DNA of 64,000 nucleotides, from assembly GCA_963733035.1 (NCBI GenBank), contig CAVTBU010000005.1, positions 1,408,001-1,472,000 of the forward strand. Reading direction: 5' to 3'. Positions 9,495 through 19,886 of the stretch are shown in pieces. The notes beneath the pieces were generated by a model that made no database searches, had not been told where the DNA came from, and saw only the letters and a list, made by a program, of their open reading frames with translations. The position numbers and the translations under genes are program-made. Source of the stretch: Pirellulales bacterium. Lineage in GTDB: Bacteria; Planctomycetota; Planctomycetia; Pirellulales; PALSA-1355. The first letter of the stretch is position 1. Each line of letters begins with the position of its first letter.

Positions 9495-11195
9495 TTAGGC
9501 GGTCCGCTGAATTTCCAGCCCATGTTCGTTGATCATCAGCTCACGGATTTTGAACTTTTGAATCTTGCCCGTGACTGTTTGCGGGAATTCTTCCACGAAC
9601 TTGACATACCGCGGAACTTTGAAGTGCGCGAGGCTGGCTCGGCAAAACTGGCGTATTTCGTCCTCGGTGGCCGTGCAGCCCGCCTTCAACTTGATCCAGG
9701 CACACAACTCCTCGCCGTATTTCTTGTCGGGAACCCCTAGAACTGCCGACTGTTCAACGGCCGGATGTTCGAATAAGAACTCCTCGATCTCGCGTGGATA
9801 AATGTTCTCGCCACCGCGAATCACCATTTCCTTAATACGCCCGGTAATTTTGTAGTAGCCGTTCGGGAGCCGGACCGCCAGGTCGCCGGAATGCAACCAG
9901 CCATCAGCGTCGATCGCTGCGTGCGTGGCCTCAGGGTTCTTGTAGTAGCCGATCATGATGTTATGACCTCTCGCGCAGAGCTCCCCTTGCTGATTGTCGC
10001 CGAGAGTGCTGCCGGTGGCCGGATCGATGATTTTGCACTCAACGCCCGGGAACAACGTACCCACGGTCTCGACCCGTAGTTCCAGCGGGTCGGTCGTGCG
10101 GCTTTGTGTAATCAGGGGAGAAGCTTCGGTAAGTCCGTAGCCGATCGTCACTTCCCGGGCGCCCATCACTTCAATAACCTGCTTCATGACCTCGATCGGA
10201 CAGGGACTGCCGGCCATGATGCCGGTGCGCAGCGACTTCAGATTGCGCTCGGGCAGCGAGGGGTGTTGAAGCTGTGCGATAAACATCGTGGGTACGCCGT
10301 ACAGCGCCGTGGCACGCTCTTTCTCAATGGCCGCGAGCGTCGCCTCGGCGTTGAAGCTCTCGGCCGGCACGACCATCGCGGCCCCGTGAACGACCGCCGT
10401 AATCGTTCCCAACACGCACCCAAAGCAGTGATAGAACGGCACTGGAATGCAAATCCGGTCTTCGGCCGTCAATGCCTGGCACATCCCGGCGTAATATCCA
10501 TTGAGCAGCAGATTGCGGTGGCTGAGCGTGGCCGCCTTGGGAAAGCCGGTCGTTCCGGAGGTGTACTGGATATTGACCGGCTGAGTGGCCTCGAGGCGTT
10601 TTTCGACCGCGGACAGTTGCTCGTCGCTTACCCGCTCGCCGCGCTTCAGCATCTCGTTCCATGTGATACCGCCGTGCGGGCCTGCGTCCTCCAGGGCGAC
10701 GACCCAGCGGAGGCAAGGAAAATCCTTGGCTTCCAACTCTCCAGGCTCTGAACGGCCTAGTTCGTGACAAACTTCGGACAACATTTCGAAATAGTCTGAC
10801 GTCTTGAAGCGATGTACGAGAAACAAGGCGACTGAATCGCTTTGGTTCAGCACGTATTTGAGTTCGAACGGACGATACGCAGGGTTGATGTTTACTAACA
10901 CTGCACCAATCCGTGCGGTGGCGAACTGCAGGATCACCCACTCCGGCACGTTGGTAGCCCAAATTGCCACGTGCTGGCCGGTCTCAATGCCCAGGGCTAA
11001 CAATCCCCGTGCAGCCCGATCGACTTGGGCGTCGAACTCGTGGTAGCTCATCTTGAGCCCCAGCGCCGGAAACACCAGCGCGTCGTTTGCCGGATGTTGC
11101 CGTGCAATGCTGCGGAGCACTTCCCCTAAGGTAAGACCATCCACCCAGGGCATGGCCTGCCGATCCGCCGCGGGAGTACGCTTGGTCGTGGACAT
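9495..11195 (-). CDS. AMP-binding acyl-CoA synthetase
   Basis: YTSGTTGFPK, GYGLTE, GWLHSGD and TGKIQK motifs. Confidence 0.95.
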   Translation of the reverse strand: MSTTKRTPAADRQAMPWVDGLTLGEVLRSIARQHPANDALVFPALGLKMSYHEFDAQVDRAARGLLALGIETGQHVAIWATNVPEWVILQFATARIGAVLVNINPAYRPFELKYVLNQSDSVALFLVHRFKTSDYFEMLSEVCHELGRSEPGELEAKDFPCLRWVVALEDAGPHGGITWNEMLKRGERVSDEQLSAVEKRLEATQPVNIQYTSGTTGFPKAATLSHRNLLLNGYYAGMCQALTAEDRICIPVPFYHCFGCVLGTITAVVHGAAMVVPAESFNAEATLAAIEKERATALYGVPTMFIAQLQHPSLPERNLKSLRTGIMAGSPCPIEVMKQVIEVMGAREVTIGYGLTEASPLITQSRTTDPLELRVETVGTLFPGVECKIIDPATGSTLGDNQQGELCARGHNIMIGYYKNPEATHAAIDADGWLHSGDLAVRLPNGYYKITGRIKEMVIRGGENIYPREIEEFLFEHPAVEQSAVLGVPDKKYGEELCAWIKLKAGCTATEDEIRQFCRASLAHFKVPRYVKFVEEFPQTVTGKIQKFKIRELMINEHGLEIQRTA

Positions 11196-11223
11196 TCTTG
11201 GATCCGCCCTCCCCGAAAAGTTG

Positions 11224-12414
11224 TTACTCCCTGAGCGGTGCCGAAATAGCCACCGCGCAAGGCACAAAGATCATCAACGGCAGCCAGGCGGCCAGCGACG
11301 GCTCAAGCAGGTAGCTGGCGCCGAGAAAACGACAACCGAGGACGACTAACATGAACGCCACCACCAGCGCCAGGCACAATCCGATTGCCATAAACACATT
11401 ACGGTTTGACCGAGAAAGTACCAGCGGCAACCCCAAAAACAGAAGCGTCAGGTCGAGTACCGGTTGAACGATCCGCGAATGGATAGCCATCCGCTCGCCG
11501 GCGCCGTAGTCGAGACTGCGATTCCGCAAGCCGCGTATCAACTCCCAGGTACTGGACAATTGCCGCCAATTGCTGTCCGCCGCAAGATACTCGAAGCCGA
11601 CGTCGCTCGCCACAAAACACTGCCCCGGTTTCAACCAATCGTAGTCCCGTGGCGTAAGCAACACCGGCGGTCCATCGCCCAGGCCTAGCGACTTTCGCTG
11701 GTCTAGGTCGACCGGCTGGGTCACGCCGGCCATCAGATAGCCGCCCGGCCGGTCTCCTTCCGGCGGCTGATAAAACGCGTTTTCCGCCACGACGCGCGGA
11801 CCATACCGATCTAACCCGGCAGGCATCTGAAAATCGGGTTTGTGGATTCGCTTCTCGTCTCCGTAAACCTGGTCGGACGCACGGAGCAACACGCCGGTTT
11901 CGTAGTCGTAGCGCGGGATCAGTTGTTTTCCGCGACTTCCGCCCAGATTCTGCGCGTTGTGGCTCAGGTTTTGTCGTACCGTGGAGATCGGTATGACCAG
12001 CTCGCGATTGGCCACCTTAAGCCCGATAATCACAATCGCCGTGGCGATCAACGGCTTGATTACGCGCGATTTGGGAATGCCCGCGGCTTCAAGTGCGGTT
12101 AACTCGTTGTGCCGCTGAATCCAGGTTACGGTGAACATGGCCGCGATCAACGTGACGATCGGACTTGTGCTATCGAAGAACGACAACGCGCGGTAAGCGT
12201 AATACTGGCCCATCACCGTCGTAAGGCTGCTGTTGTCGCGCGAGTAGGTAATGAATTCTTCCAGGTTCGTAAAGGCGTCGATGACAATATACAAGCCCGT
12301 CAGGCTGCAAAAGCAAATCAAAAAGGTTTGTACGAACTGCCGCAGCAAATAGCGATCGACGATCAACAACCCGCGCACCGGACGAGGTGTTGCGATGGGA
12401 TTCGAGTTCGCCAC
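11224..12414 (-). CDS. LptF/LptG family LPS export permease
   Basis: DRYLLRQF start, HNELTALEAAGI, 3+3 TM layout, AAWLP C-terminus. Confidence 0.88.
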   Translation of the reverse strand: MANSNPIATPRPVRGLLIVDRYLLRQFVQTFLICFCSLTGLYIVIDAFTNLEEFITYSRDNSSLTTVMGQYYAYRALSFFDSTSPIVTLIAAMFTVTWIQRHNELTALEAAGIPKSRVIKPLIATAIVIIGLKVANRELVIPISTVRQNLSHNAQNLGGSRGKQLIPRYDYETGVLLRASDQVYGDEKRIHKPDFQMPAGLDRYGPRVVAENAFYQPPEGDRPGGYLMAGVTQPVDLDQRKSLGLGDGPPVLLTPRDYDWLKPGQCFVASDVGFEYLAADSNWRQLSSTWELIRGLRNRSLDYGAGERMAIHSRIVQPVLDLTLLFLGLPLVLSRSNRNVFMAIGLCLALVVAFMLVVLGCRFLGASYLLEPSLAAWLPLMIFVPCAVAISAPLRE

Positions 12415-12455
12415 GAATTATTGCCTCCTGTTAGTTCGTGGACAGCCGCTCATTC

Positions 12456-13731
12456 CTAGTGCGAACGACGAATGGCACGCGACAGGGCCTCGACCCCTCG
12501 GCGAATGTTCTCTGGCGATTGCACGCCAAAACTCAAACGAATCCGATCCTTGCGTGCGGGGAACCCAGCCGACGGATAGCAGTATTCACCAGGCACGTAG
12601 AGCACGCCCTCGGCCAGTGCATGCTCGATGAGCAATCCGCCCGGGCCAGCATCCATCCCCTCGGGTAGCTCAAGCCATACGTAGAGCCCGCCGCTGGGAC
12701 GATTCCATCGCACGCCCGCAATTCCGCCCAAAAAGTCGTCCATGGCCCCGAGCATGGCATCCATTTTCAATTGGTAGTTCTGCCGCAGAAGTGCCAGGTG
12801 AGGCTCGAACAGGCCCCGCTCAAAGACCGCCGACATTAACTGTTGATTCAGGTGCGGGGAACCGAAATCGATGGTTGCTTTCAGGCCCGAGACAGGCCCG
12901 ACCAATTCCTCGGGCAAGATGCCCCAGCCCACGCGCACGCCGGGGGAGAACGACTTGGAGAAGGTTTCGGCCACGATCACCGTTTCGCCGCTTTCGTCGA
13001 AGGCCCGCAGGCTTGGCACGTCGGTGCCCGAGTATCGCAGTTCGCGATACGCCGCGTCATCAATCACGTAGATCGGCGCGGGTTGACTGTGTCGTTTGGC
13101 AATCTCCACGATCGCCTCGCGACGTTCGACGGGAAGCGTTACCGTACTGGGATTTTCAAAGTAGCTTGTGACATAAATCGCCTTAACACGCTGCCGTTCG
13201 CCCGCTTTTTCCAGCCGTTCGAGCGATTCGCGCAGCGCCTCGGGAATGATTCCCTGTTCATCTATTGCCACGCCGACGGCCCGCGCCGAGACCGTGGAGC
13301 ATTCCCAGGAAGACAAAATAAGTCGGCGCGGCACAAAGCACGATGTCACCCGGGTCGAACAGCACTTCTCCGACCAAATGCAACAACTGATTGCTGCCGG
13401 CGGTGAGCAACACCTGGTCGACGGCGGGGCGATACCCACGGGATTCTCCATCCGCCGACAGTAATCTGGCCAACACCGCCTCACGCAGAGGTAGGTACCC
13501 CGCATTCGTACCGTATTGCAGCGCCGCTCGCCCTCGCTCAAGGTCGCCGAGCACAGCAGCTAACGCCTGCTGCGTTTCGACGACCGGCAGACTGGCCTGA
13601 TCGACAAATCCGGCTGCGAGCGAAATGAGCTCCGGCTGCGCAAGCGCGCAGCGCATCAGCTCGCTGATCGGCTGCTGATCGAAACACCGGTGCGCTGACT
13701 CAGACGTCGGGGGGCGGTCATGGAAGGGCAT
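12456..13731 (-). CDS. PLP-dependent aminotransferase class I/II (LysN-like); frameshift at about 13284
   Basis: N-half (ISLAAG, ALQYG, APTY) in ORF 13258-13731; C-half (ENPS, DDAAY, TFSKSFSPGVRVG) in ORF 12456-13541. Confidence 0.88.
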
Positions 13732-13950
13732 CGCTGGGTCGAGGATGGCGGCGAAACCTTATTTAAGCTTTTGCGGTAGGTCAAGATCGGTCAATGTCAC
13801 CCTCGACGCTCGTTCGGAGGACTGTTTGGCTGCAATGAGTGCGAACACGCGAAATTCTCAGAAATTTTCTTGTCTAAATCTAGGACCTGGATGTTGCAGC
13901 CGTTAGAATCGAGGCTGCTGGCAAGCTGACTTGCTTTACCTAACTCATAC

Positions 13951-14092
13951 CGGAACAGACCTCAGGAAAGGACGCTACTGGCGTCGTCGCGCGTAATTCG
14001 ACTTCCTTTTGCGCCGGTGTTGTTCGTCCGTTTCGTGGACTGCCAGGCTTTCCCGTCTGAGTCCTCCCGAAAGGAAGGATCCCGTCTCTCCG
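13951..14092 (+). ncRNA. Candidate structured leader RNA
   Basis: Nested complementary helices plus a GAAA-tetraloop hairpin in the intergenic region; no family recognised. Confidence 0.45.
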
Positions 14093-14186
14093 CCGCACGG
14101 CGCCCAGTTTCCAGATGCCCACTCCGGGGCGATTAGCTTCCGGTGCGATGACGCGCGACGATGTTTGGTAGGTCCGGATCGTATCT

Positions 14187-17100
14187 ATGTTGAGAAGACT
14201 GCTGAGCAGAGCATTTGGTTCTTCGCTACCGGCGCGGTCGCGCCGACAAAAACCCCGACGGCTACCGCAACATTGGCGCAGCTTTCATCCCGCAATTGAC
14301 GCGCTGGAAGACCGCCGTTTGCTCAGCGTCTCACCTGCGACGGACGAGGCTGCCTGGGTGGCCTCTCCGCTGAATGCGACGGCCGAAGTCGTGGGCAGGC
14401 GATTGTTTTACAACAATTCCCGGTTTGATGGAAATAATCCTGCAATTAACGCCACGGATGACTCGGCCATCGCCACCAACAAGATTGCACTCGTCAGCGG
14501 TCAAACGGCCACGTTCAACAACTACATCAGCTACTCAGCGGGGATCAACGGCCTGATGATCGACATCGCGGGCCTGGCGGGCACGCCAACGCTCGACGAC
14601 TTCGTGTTTCGCGTCGGAAACAAGAATGACGTCGCGTCCTGGAGCGATGCACCAGCTCCGACCGGCTTTAGCCTGCGTCCGGGTGCCGGCGTGGGCGGGT
14701 CGACGCGCATAACTATCACTTGGGCCGACGGTTCAATTCGCAATCAATGGTTGCAAGTGATGGTCTTGGCTACGCCATCCACGGGACTTGCCACTGCCGA
14801 CGTGTTTTATTTCGGGAGCGCCGTGGGAGACACAGGGAATTCGCCTTACAACGCCGCATCAAATGCCACCGATCAACTTCTCGTGCGCACGAACCCGCAT
14901 GACAATACGAATCCGGCCTTGGTTACGTCTGCCTACGACTTCAATCGCGATGGACTGGTCGATTCGTCGGATGAACTAATCTCGCGCACCGCCTACGCGA
15001 CGAACTTCGCGCTGTTGAATTTGATCACGCCGGACAATTTCAGTCCCGCCGAGGTTGTCGGCCGGCAAGTGTTTTACAACAACTCGTCGTTCGACGGCAA
15101 CAATCTGGCCGCTGGTGCCGCCGACGACAATGCGATTGCCACGGACAAAACCGCGCTGCTCCCGGGTCAGACAGCGTCTTTCGCCAACTACACATCCTAC
15201 AGTCGTGGCATCAATGGCATCATGATCGACGTCGCGGGGCTGACGGCCACGCCGACGCTCGACGACTTCGAGTTCCGCGCCGGGAACGATAATTTGCCGG
15301 ATGGTTGGAGCCTGGCGCCTGCGCCCAGCAGCATTTCGGTCCGCGCCGGAGCCGGCGCAGGAGGTTCTGCACGTGTGACACTGGTCTGGCCAGATGGCAC
15401 GATCGTGGGCAAGTGGTTGCAGGTCACGGTGAAGGCCACCGCCAACACATGGCTCGTGAAGCCCGATGTTTTTTACTTTGGCAATGCAGTCGGCGAAACC
15501 GGTAACTCCGCGTCCGACGCCAAAGTGACAACGGCCGACTACCAGGCCACCAATCAATCCGTGGGCGCGACGAATGTGGCGGTTACTTCGCCGTACGACT
15601 TCAATCGCGACGGCTCGGTGACCTCGGCAGATACGTCAATCTTAGTCGCCAATTTGGTGAATCCCGAGCTCAAGTTAATCACTCCGGCACACGCCGCGCC
15701 AGCAGTTCCCTTTAATGGCCTGCCGGCGTTCATGGATTTTGTCTCAACCGACGTGGTCAACCGCGGCATCTTCTACAATAACTCGCAGTATGACTCGCTG
15801 AATCCGCTGATCGATGCAAAAGACGACAATGCGATTGCGCCGGACAAGGTGGCGCTTTTGCCCGGCCAAACGGCTACGATGGCCAACTACACCAGTTACA
15901 CGCGCGGCATCAACGGGATCTTTGTCGATATTGCCGGCGCGCCGTACAACTTGACGCTCGACGATTTCGAGTTTCGCATCGGTAATTCGACGGATCCCTC
16001 CACCTGGTCCCAGGCCCCGGCGCCGCTACAACTTGTTGTACGCCCTGGCGCGGGCGTGAATGGCTCGCAACGGGTGATGATCGCATGGCAGGACAATGTG
16101 ATTCAAAACACCTGGTTGCAGGTAACGGTGAAGTCGACATCGGTCACCGGTCTAAAGCAAGACGACGTGTTTTATTTCGGGAACCTCATTGGCGATGCGG
16201 GAGCAAATGCCATGCTGCCCGTCGTCAATGGATCGGATCAGATTTTTACCCGTAACCAAACATATAACTTCATCAGCGCGGCCCCGATTACGCACGTGGC
16301 GGACTTTAACCGGGATATGCTGGTCAATTCAACCGACGAGTGGGCCTCGGCCCGCAATCAAGGCAAATACCTAGTGAATCTGACGGCTCCGCTGCCAAAT
16401 ACGGCCCTTGAACCGCACCTTCCGCTGCCAAATTTTTTCCAATCCGGCGACTCCGGGATTTATGTCTCCTTTGCACCGAACCTCGTAAAGACGCCGGATG
16501 GAACCATACTCTATATCGCCGAAGCGCGATCGGGCATTGGCGACGACACTGGCTACGGAATTCTCCTCAAGCGCAGTTTTGATGGCGGAGTCACATGGAC
16601 CCCGATCTCGATCATCTATCAGGAGGCGACCAACGCCATTCGAAGCCCGGCCGCGGTCGTTGACAATGTTACGGGCGAAGTGTTCTTGCTGTTTACGCGC
16701 AATGACAGCGAGATCCTCGTCACGTCTAGCAAAGACAACGGCGCCACCTGGTCTGCTCCGACCAACATCACGAACGACGTCAAAGTAACGAGCGACGGAA
16801 ATCCGAATCCCGCCGCGTTCCCTGACACACCCTGGGGTTGGTACGCTGTCGGCTCGGGTCACGGCATTCAATTGGAGCACGGTGCCTATGCCGGTCGGCT
16901 GATGATTACCGGAGACCACCGGTTGACGGCCGATCGGACTGGCCCCTCGTGGTCGCACGTCATCTACTCCGACGACCACGGCCAGACCTGGCATCTGGGC
17001 GGTGGACTTCAGCAGACGAGCGCCAACAACAACTCGAATGAAAACGTCATCGTCGAGCAAAGTAACGGCGTCCTCTACATGAACATTCGGGTGACCACCT

Positions 17101-18977
17101 CCGAGTTTCGCGCTTTCTCGCGCAGCTACGATGGCGGCATGACGTGGCAGAACATGTTCGTCACCGCACAACTGCAAACGTCCTCGGTGAATGCATCGAT
17201 TTTGCGAGTAAACGATAACACGCTCCTATTTGCTGCCCCCGACTCGAACAACGGTGGTCGGCAACGGATGACGATCTGGATCAGCCATACGGACGGCTAT
17301 AGCTGGACAAAGACGAAAGCCGTTTTCTACGGCTATGCGTCGTACTCGGACATGGTCCTGGTCGGCGACGACACCGTGTTGTTGGCGTTCGCATCCGGGC
17401 GTGTGGGGGAGGTTTCACAACAAAACAATACGCTGGTGCGATTCAACCTGCGGTGGCTCACCGAGCCTGGCGTGCCGCAATTCACCTGGCAATTCGCGGA
17501 GAAAGCCCCGGGCCAACGCGCCGAGATCGACAATACGGCGCTGATCGACGACTCGGCATGGGATAACCGTGCGATGGCCATGGCGAGTAACGCCGCATCC
17601 GCGCCCCAGTATGTCGATGGTCCCAACGGCCACACGGCGCTGCGCTTAACGGAGGGTGTCGACGCCGTCATGCTGGCAGGCACTCGAACCACAGCCTTGC
17701 AGCTGGAAAAGTCCGACAGCATGACCGTGGAAATGACTCTGCGAACAACGGACACTTCCGGCGTAATCATCGGAGCCCGCCCGGGCATTCGCGGTTGGTC
17801 GCTGCAAATCGTCAACGGACACGTCGTTTTCCTTGCCGTTGACAGTATGAGCAACTCCGCAATGGTGGTGAGTTCCGTCAACATAAGCGACGGAAGCTGG
17901 CACCGCCTGGTTGCGATCCGTGACGCAACCACCAAAATCTTGACGCTGATCGTCGACGACGTCGACATACAGACGGCTGTCGATGCGACACAAGGTACGC
18001 TTGCCAACGCAGATGCGATTATGCTCGGTGCCTACAACGATGGTACGCAACAACTCGCATTTGACATTGACGTTTTGCGTGTCACCAGAGCGGCGCTGAG
18101 CGCCGACGAATTCATGCCGGCTGATTTACCCGAGCCGCCCCGTTGGCCGGCACCCACATTCGGCAGCAATGCCCCCAATACAATCGCCGGACTGGCGTTC
18201 TGGTTGCCGGCCTATCAGCCCACGCTGTACTACGGTGACACCAATTTTACCGACACGTTGGCCGTGCATCCGACTGTCGGGTCGGTGGCCCAATCGGCCC
18301 ACGATGTCTCGCCAAATGCGTTTCGAGTGAAGGCGAATTTCGGCAACCGCGGGGTCTTGTATGCGGAGGATTCGCAAGTGGGGGCGAGCTGGCAGTTTGA
18401 ACCTGAAACGGCCGACGCCGCACACTCGCTAATTGTCAACGCTTCCAACGGAACGAAGCCGAACAGTTTCGATTTCGTGCAAAATACTGGAGAATTCACG
18501 ATTTCGACGTTTGTCAAGGTCGATCAATGGACCGGCTCATCAATGTCGTTGTTCGACAACATCAATGCCACTACCTCGAATCCGGGATTCTCGCTGATGT
18601 TACAATCAGACGGTTCATTGCGGCTGATGGTTGTTGGTTCAGCGGGGACGGTGCGATTCAATGACTCGACACCAATTGGGACGATTTCGCAACACGCGTG
18701 GTACCAGATTGCAGTGGTCGGCAACGGTCAAGGGCAACCCGTCACTTTTTACGTTACGCCGGTAACGAGTGCGGCCGTCGATGCTTACCAGTCTAGTGCC
18801 TTTGCGATCGGGAATGGACAGTATCCCACCACCAGCAGCCAGGATTTGGCGATCGGCGGCCGAATTAATTCCCAGGCCGCTTTCAATGGCGAGATGGTCG
18901 ATCAAACGATCTACAATCGAGCGCTAACGACCGCGGAAATACAGCAACTTTTCAACTACACCAAAAAAACGAACTAA
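14187..18977 (+). CDS. 1596-aa exported protein: LEDRRLL motif, 3 tandem ~215-aa dockerin-like repeats, BNR/Asp-box sialidase-like propeller, 2 LamG-like domains
   Basis: Repeats start VVGRxxFYNNSxFDG and contain YDFNRDG; Asp boxes SFDGGVTW, SKDNGATW, SDDHGQTW, SYDGGMTW; ISDGSWHRL LamG motif. Confidence 0.85.
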   Translation: MLRRLLSRAFGSSLPARSRRQKPRRLPQHWRSFHPAIDALEDRRLLSVSPATDEAAWVASPLNATAEVVGRRLFYNNSRFDGNNPAINATDDSAIATNKIALVSGQTATFNNYISYSAGINGLMIDIAGLAGTPTLDDFVFRVGNKNDVASWSDAPAPTGFSLRPGAGVGGSTRITITWADGSIRNQWLQVMVLATPSTGLATADVFYFGSAVGDTGNSPYNAASNATDQLLVRTNPHDNTNPALVTSAYDFNRDGLVDSSDELISRTAYATNFALLNLITPDNFSPAEVVGRQVFYNNSSFDGNNLAAGAADDNAIATDKTALLPGQTASFANYTSYSRGINGIMIDVAGLTATPTLDDFEFRAGNDNLPDGWSLAPAPSSISVRAGAGAGGSARVTLVWPDGTIVGKWLQVTVKATANTWLVKPDVFYFGNAVGETGNSASDAKVTTADYQATNQSVGATNVAVTSPYDFNRDGSVTSADTSILVANLVNPELKLITPAHAAPAVPFNGLPAFMDFVSTDVVNRGIFYNNSQYDSLNPLIDAKDDNAIAPDKVALLPGQTATMANYTSYTRGINGIFVDIAGAPYNLTLDDFEFRIGNSTDPSTWSQAPAPLQLVVRPGAGVNGSQRVMIAWQDNVIQNTWLQVTVKSTSVTGLKQDDVFYFGNLIGDAGANAMLPVVNGSDQIFTRNQTYNFISAAPITHVADFNRDMLVNSTDEWASARNQGKYLVNLTAPLPNTALEPHLPLPNFFQSGDSGIYVSFAPNLVKTPDGTILYIAEARSGIGDDTGYGILLKRSFDGGVTWTPISIIYQEATNAIRSPAAVVDNVTGEVFLLFTRNDSEILVTSSKDNGATWSAPTNITNDVKVTSDGNPNPAAFPDTPWGWYAVGSGHGIQLEHGAYAGRLMITGDHRLTADRTGPSWSHVIYSDDHGQTWHLGGGLQQTSANNNSNENVIVEQSNGVLYMNIRVTTSEFRAFSRSYDGGMTWQNMFVTAQLQTSSVNASILRVNDNTLLFAAPDSNNGGRQRMTIWISHTDGYSWTKTKAVFYGYASYSDMVLVGDDTVLLAFASGRVGEVSQQNNTLVRFNLRWLTEPGVPQFTWQFAEKAPGQRAEIDNTALIDDSAWDNRAMAMASNAASAPQYVDGPNGHTALRLTEGVDAVMLAGTRTTALQLEKSDSMTVEMTLRTTDTSGVIIGARPGIRGWSLQIVNGHVVFLAVDSMSNSAMVVSSVNISDGSWHRLVAIRDATTKILTLIVDDVDIQTAVDATQGTLANADAIMLGAYNDGTQQLAFDIDVLRVTRAALSADEFMPADLPEPPRWPAPTFGSNAPNTIAGLAFWLPAYQPTLYYGDTNFTDTLAVHPTVGSVAQSAHDVSPNAFRVKANFGNRGVLYAEDSQVGASWQFEPETADAAHSLIVNASNGTKPNSFDFVQNTGEFTISTFVKVDQWTGSSMSLFDNINATTSNPGFSLMLQSDGSLRLMVVGSAGTVRFNDSTPIGTISQHAWYQIAVVGNGQGQPVTFYVTPVTSAAVDAYQSSAFAIGNGQYPTTSSQDLAIGGRINSQAAFNGEMVDQTIYNRALTTAEIQQLFNYTKKTN

Positions 18978-19007
18978 CCGCCGGCATTGATGCGGCGGCT
19001 CGCCCGC

Positions 19008-19796
19008 ATGCGCCGTGCCGCACGCTCATCTCGATCTGCCTTTCCTTGCACAACGAATTGGCGGCGCACCGGCAGCCGATGGCTCGGTCTCGGCCTCAAT
19101 CTGGTCTTTCCTCCCATTTGCGCGGGATGTCAGGCGGCGATTGAACCGGGAACGGCAATTGCGTTGTGCGATCCTTGCCGCGAAAAATTCATCGACACAA
19201 GTCCTGCCTGCGACCGGTGTGGATGCAGACGGCCACCGGACGGCGCGCCAGAGGTATGTTCGCATTGTCGCCAGTGGCACCCCAAGTTCGAGCGCGTATT
19301 TCGACTGGGAAGCTATGAGGGGGAGTTGCGTAGGGCCGTTTTGAGAATCAAACGTACTCACGAACGCGCGCTGGCCATCGCGCTTGCGGAGATATTGGGC
19401 GAGGCGTTCGCCGCCCGATTCTCGCAGCAGCCTCCCGACGTCGTCATCCCCGTTCCCATGCACTGGACCCGACGCATTTGGCGCGGAACTAACAGTCCGG
19501 AAACCATCGCGACGCGGCTGGCATCCCGTTTAAATATCCCGCTGGCGACGGAAATCCTCGTGAGATCTAAACGTACGGCACCTCAGGCACCGCTCTCGCC
19601 TCCCAAGCGACGGGCCAACGTGCGCGGTGCGTTTCGTGTTCGCCCGCATAGCGATCTGCCGGGTGCTCGAATCCTTCTGGTCGACGACATTATGACGACC
19701 GGGGCCACGCTCAACGAAGCGGCTAAGGTCCTTGCCACGGCGGGAGCCGGCGAAATCACGGTCGCCGTGCTGGCGCGAGCCGAGGGACACGCCTGA
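19008..19796 (+). CDS. comF: ComF family protein (double zinc ribbon plus PRTase domain)
   Basis: Four CxxC motifs, VIPVPMH, LLVDDIMTTGATL; start uncertain. Confidence 0.88.
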   Translation: MRRAARSSRSAFPCTTNWRRTGSRWLGLGLNLVFPPICAGCQAAIEPGTAIALCDPCREKFIDTSPACDRCGCRRPPDGAPEVCSHCRQWHPKFERVFRLGSYEGELRRAVLRIKRTHERALAIALAEILGEAFAARFSQQPPDVVIPVPMHWTRRIWRGTNSPETIATRLASRLNIPLATEILVRSKRTAPQAPLSPPKRRANVRGAFRVRPHSDLPGARILLVDDIMTTGATLNEAAKVLATAGAGEITVAVLARAEGHA

Positions 19797-19886
19797 CCGC
19801 CCAAAGCGGGTTGTCGTTTCGTCGGGAATGAACAGAATAGGAAGCGACGTCCTGTCAACCTACGAACTTCGCCAAGCAGGTTTCCG

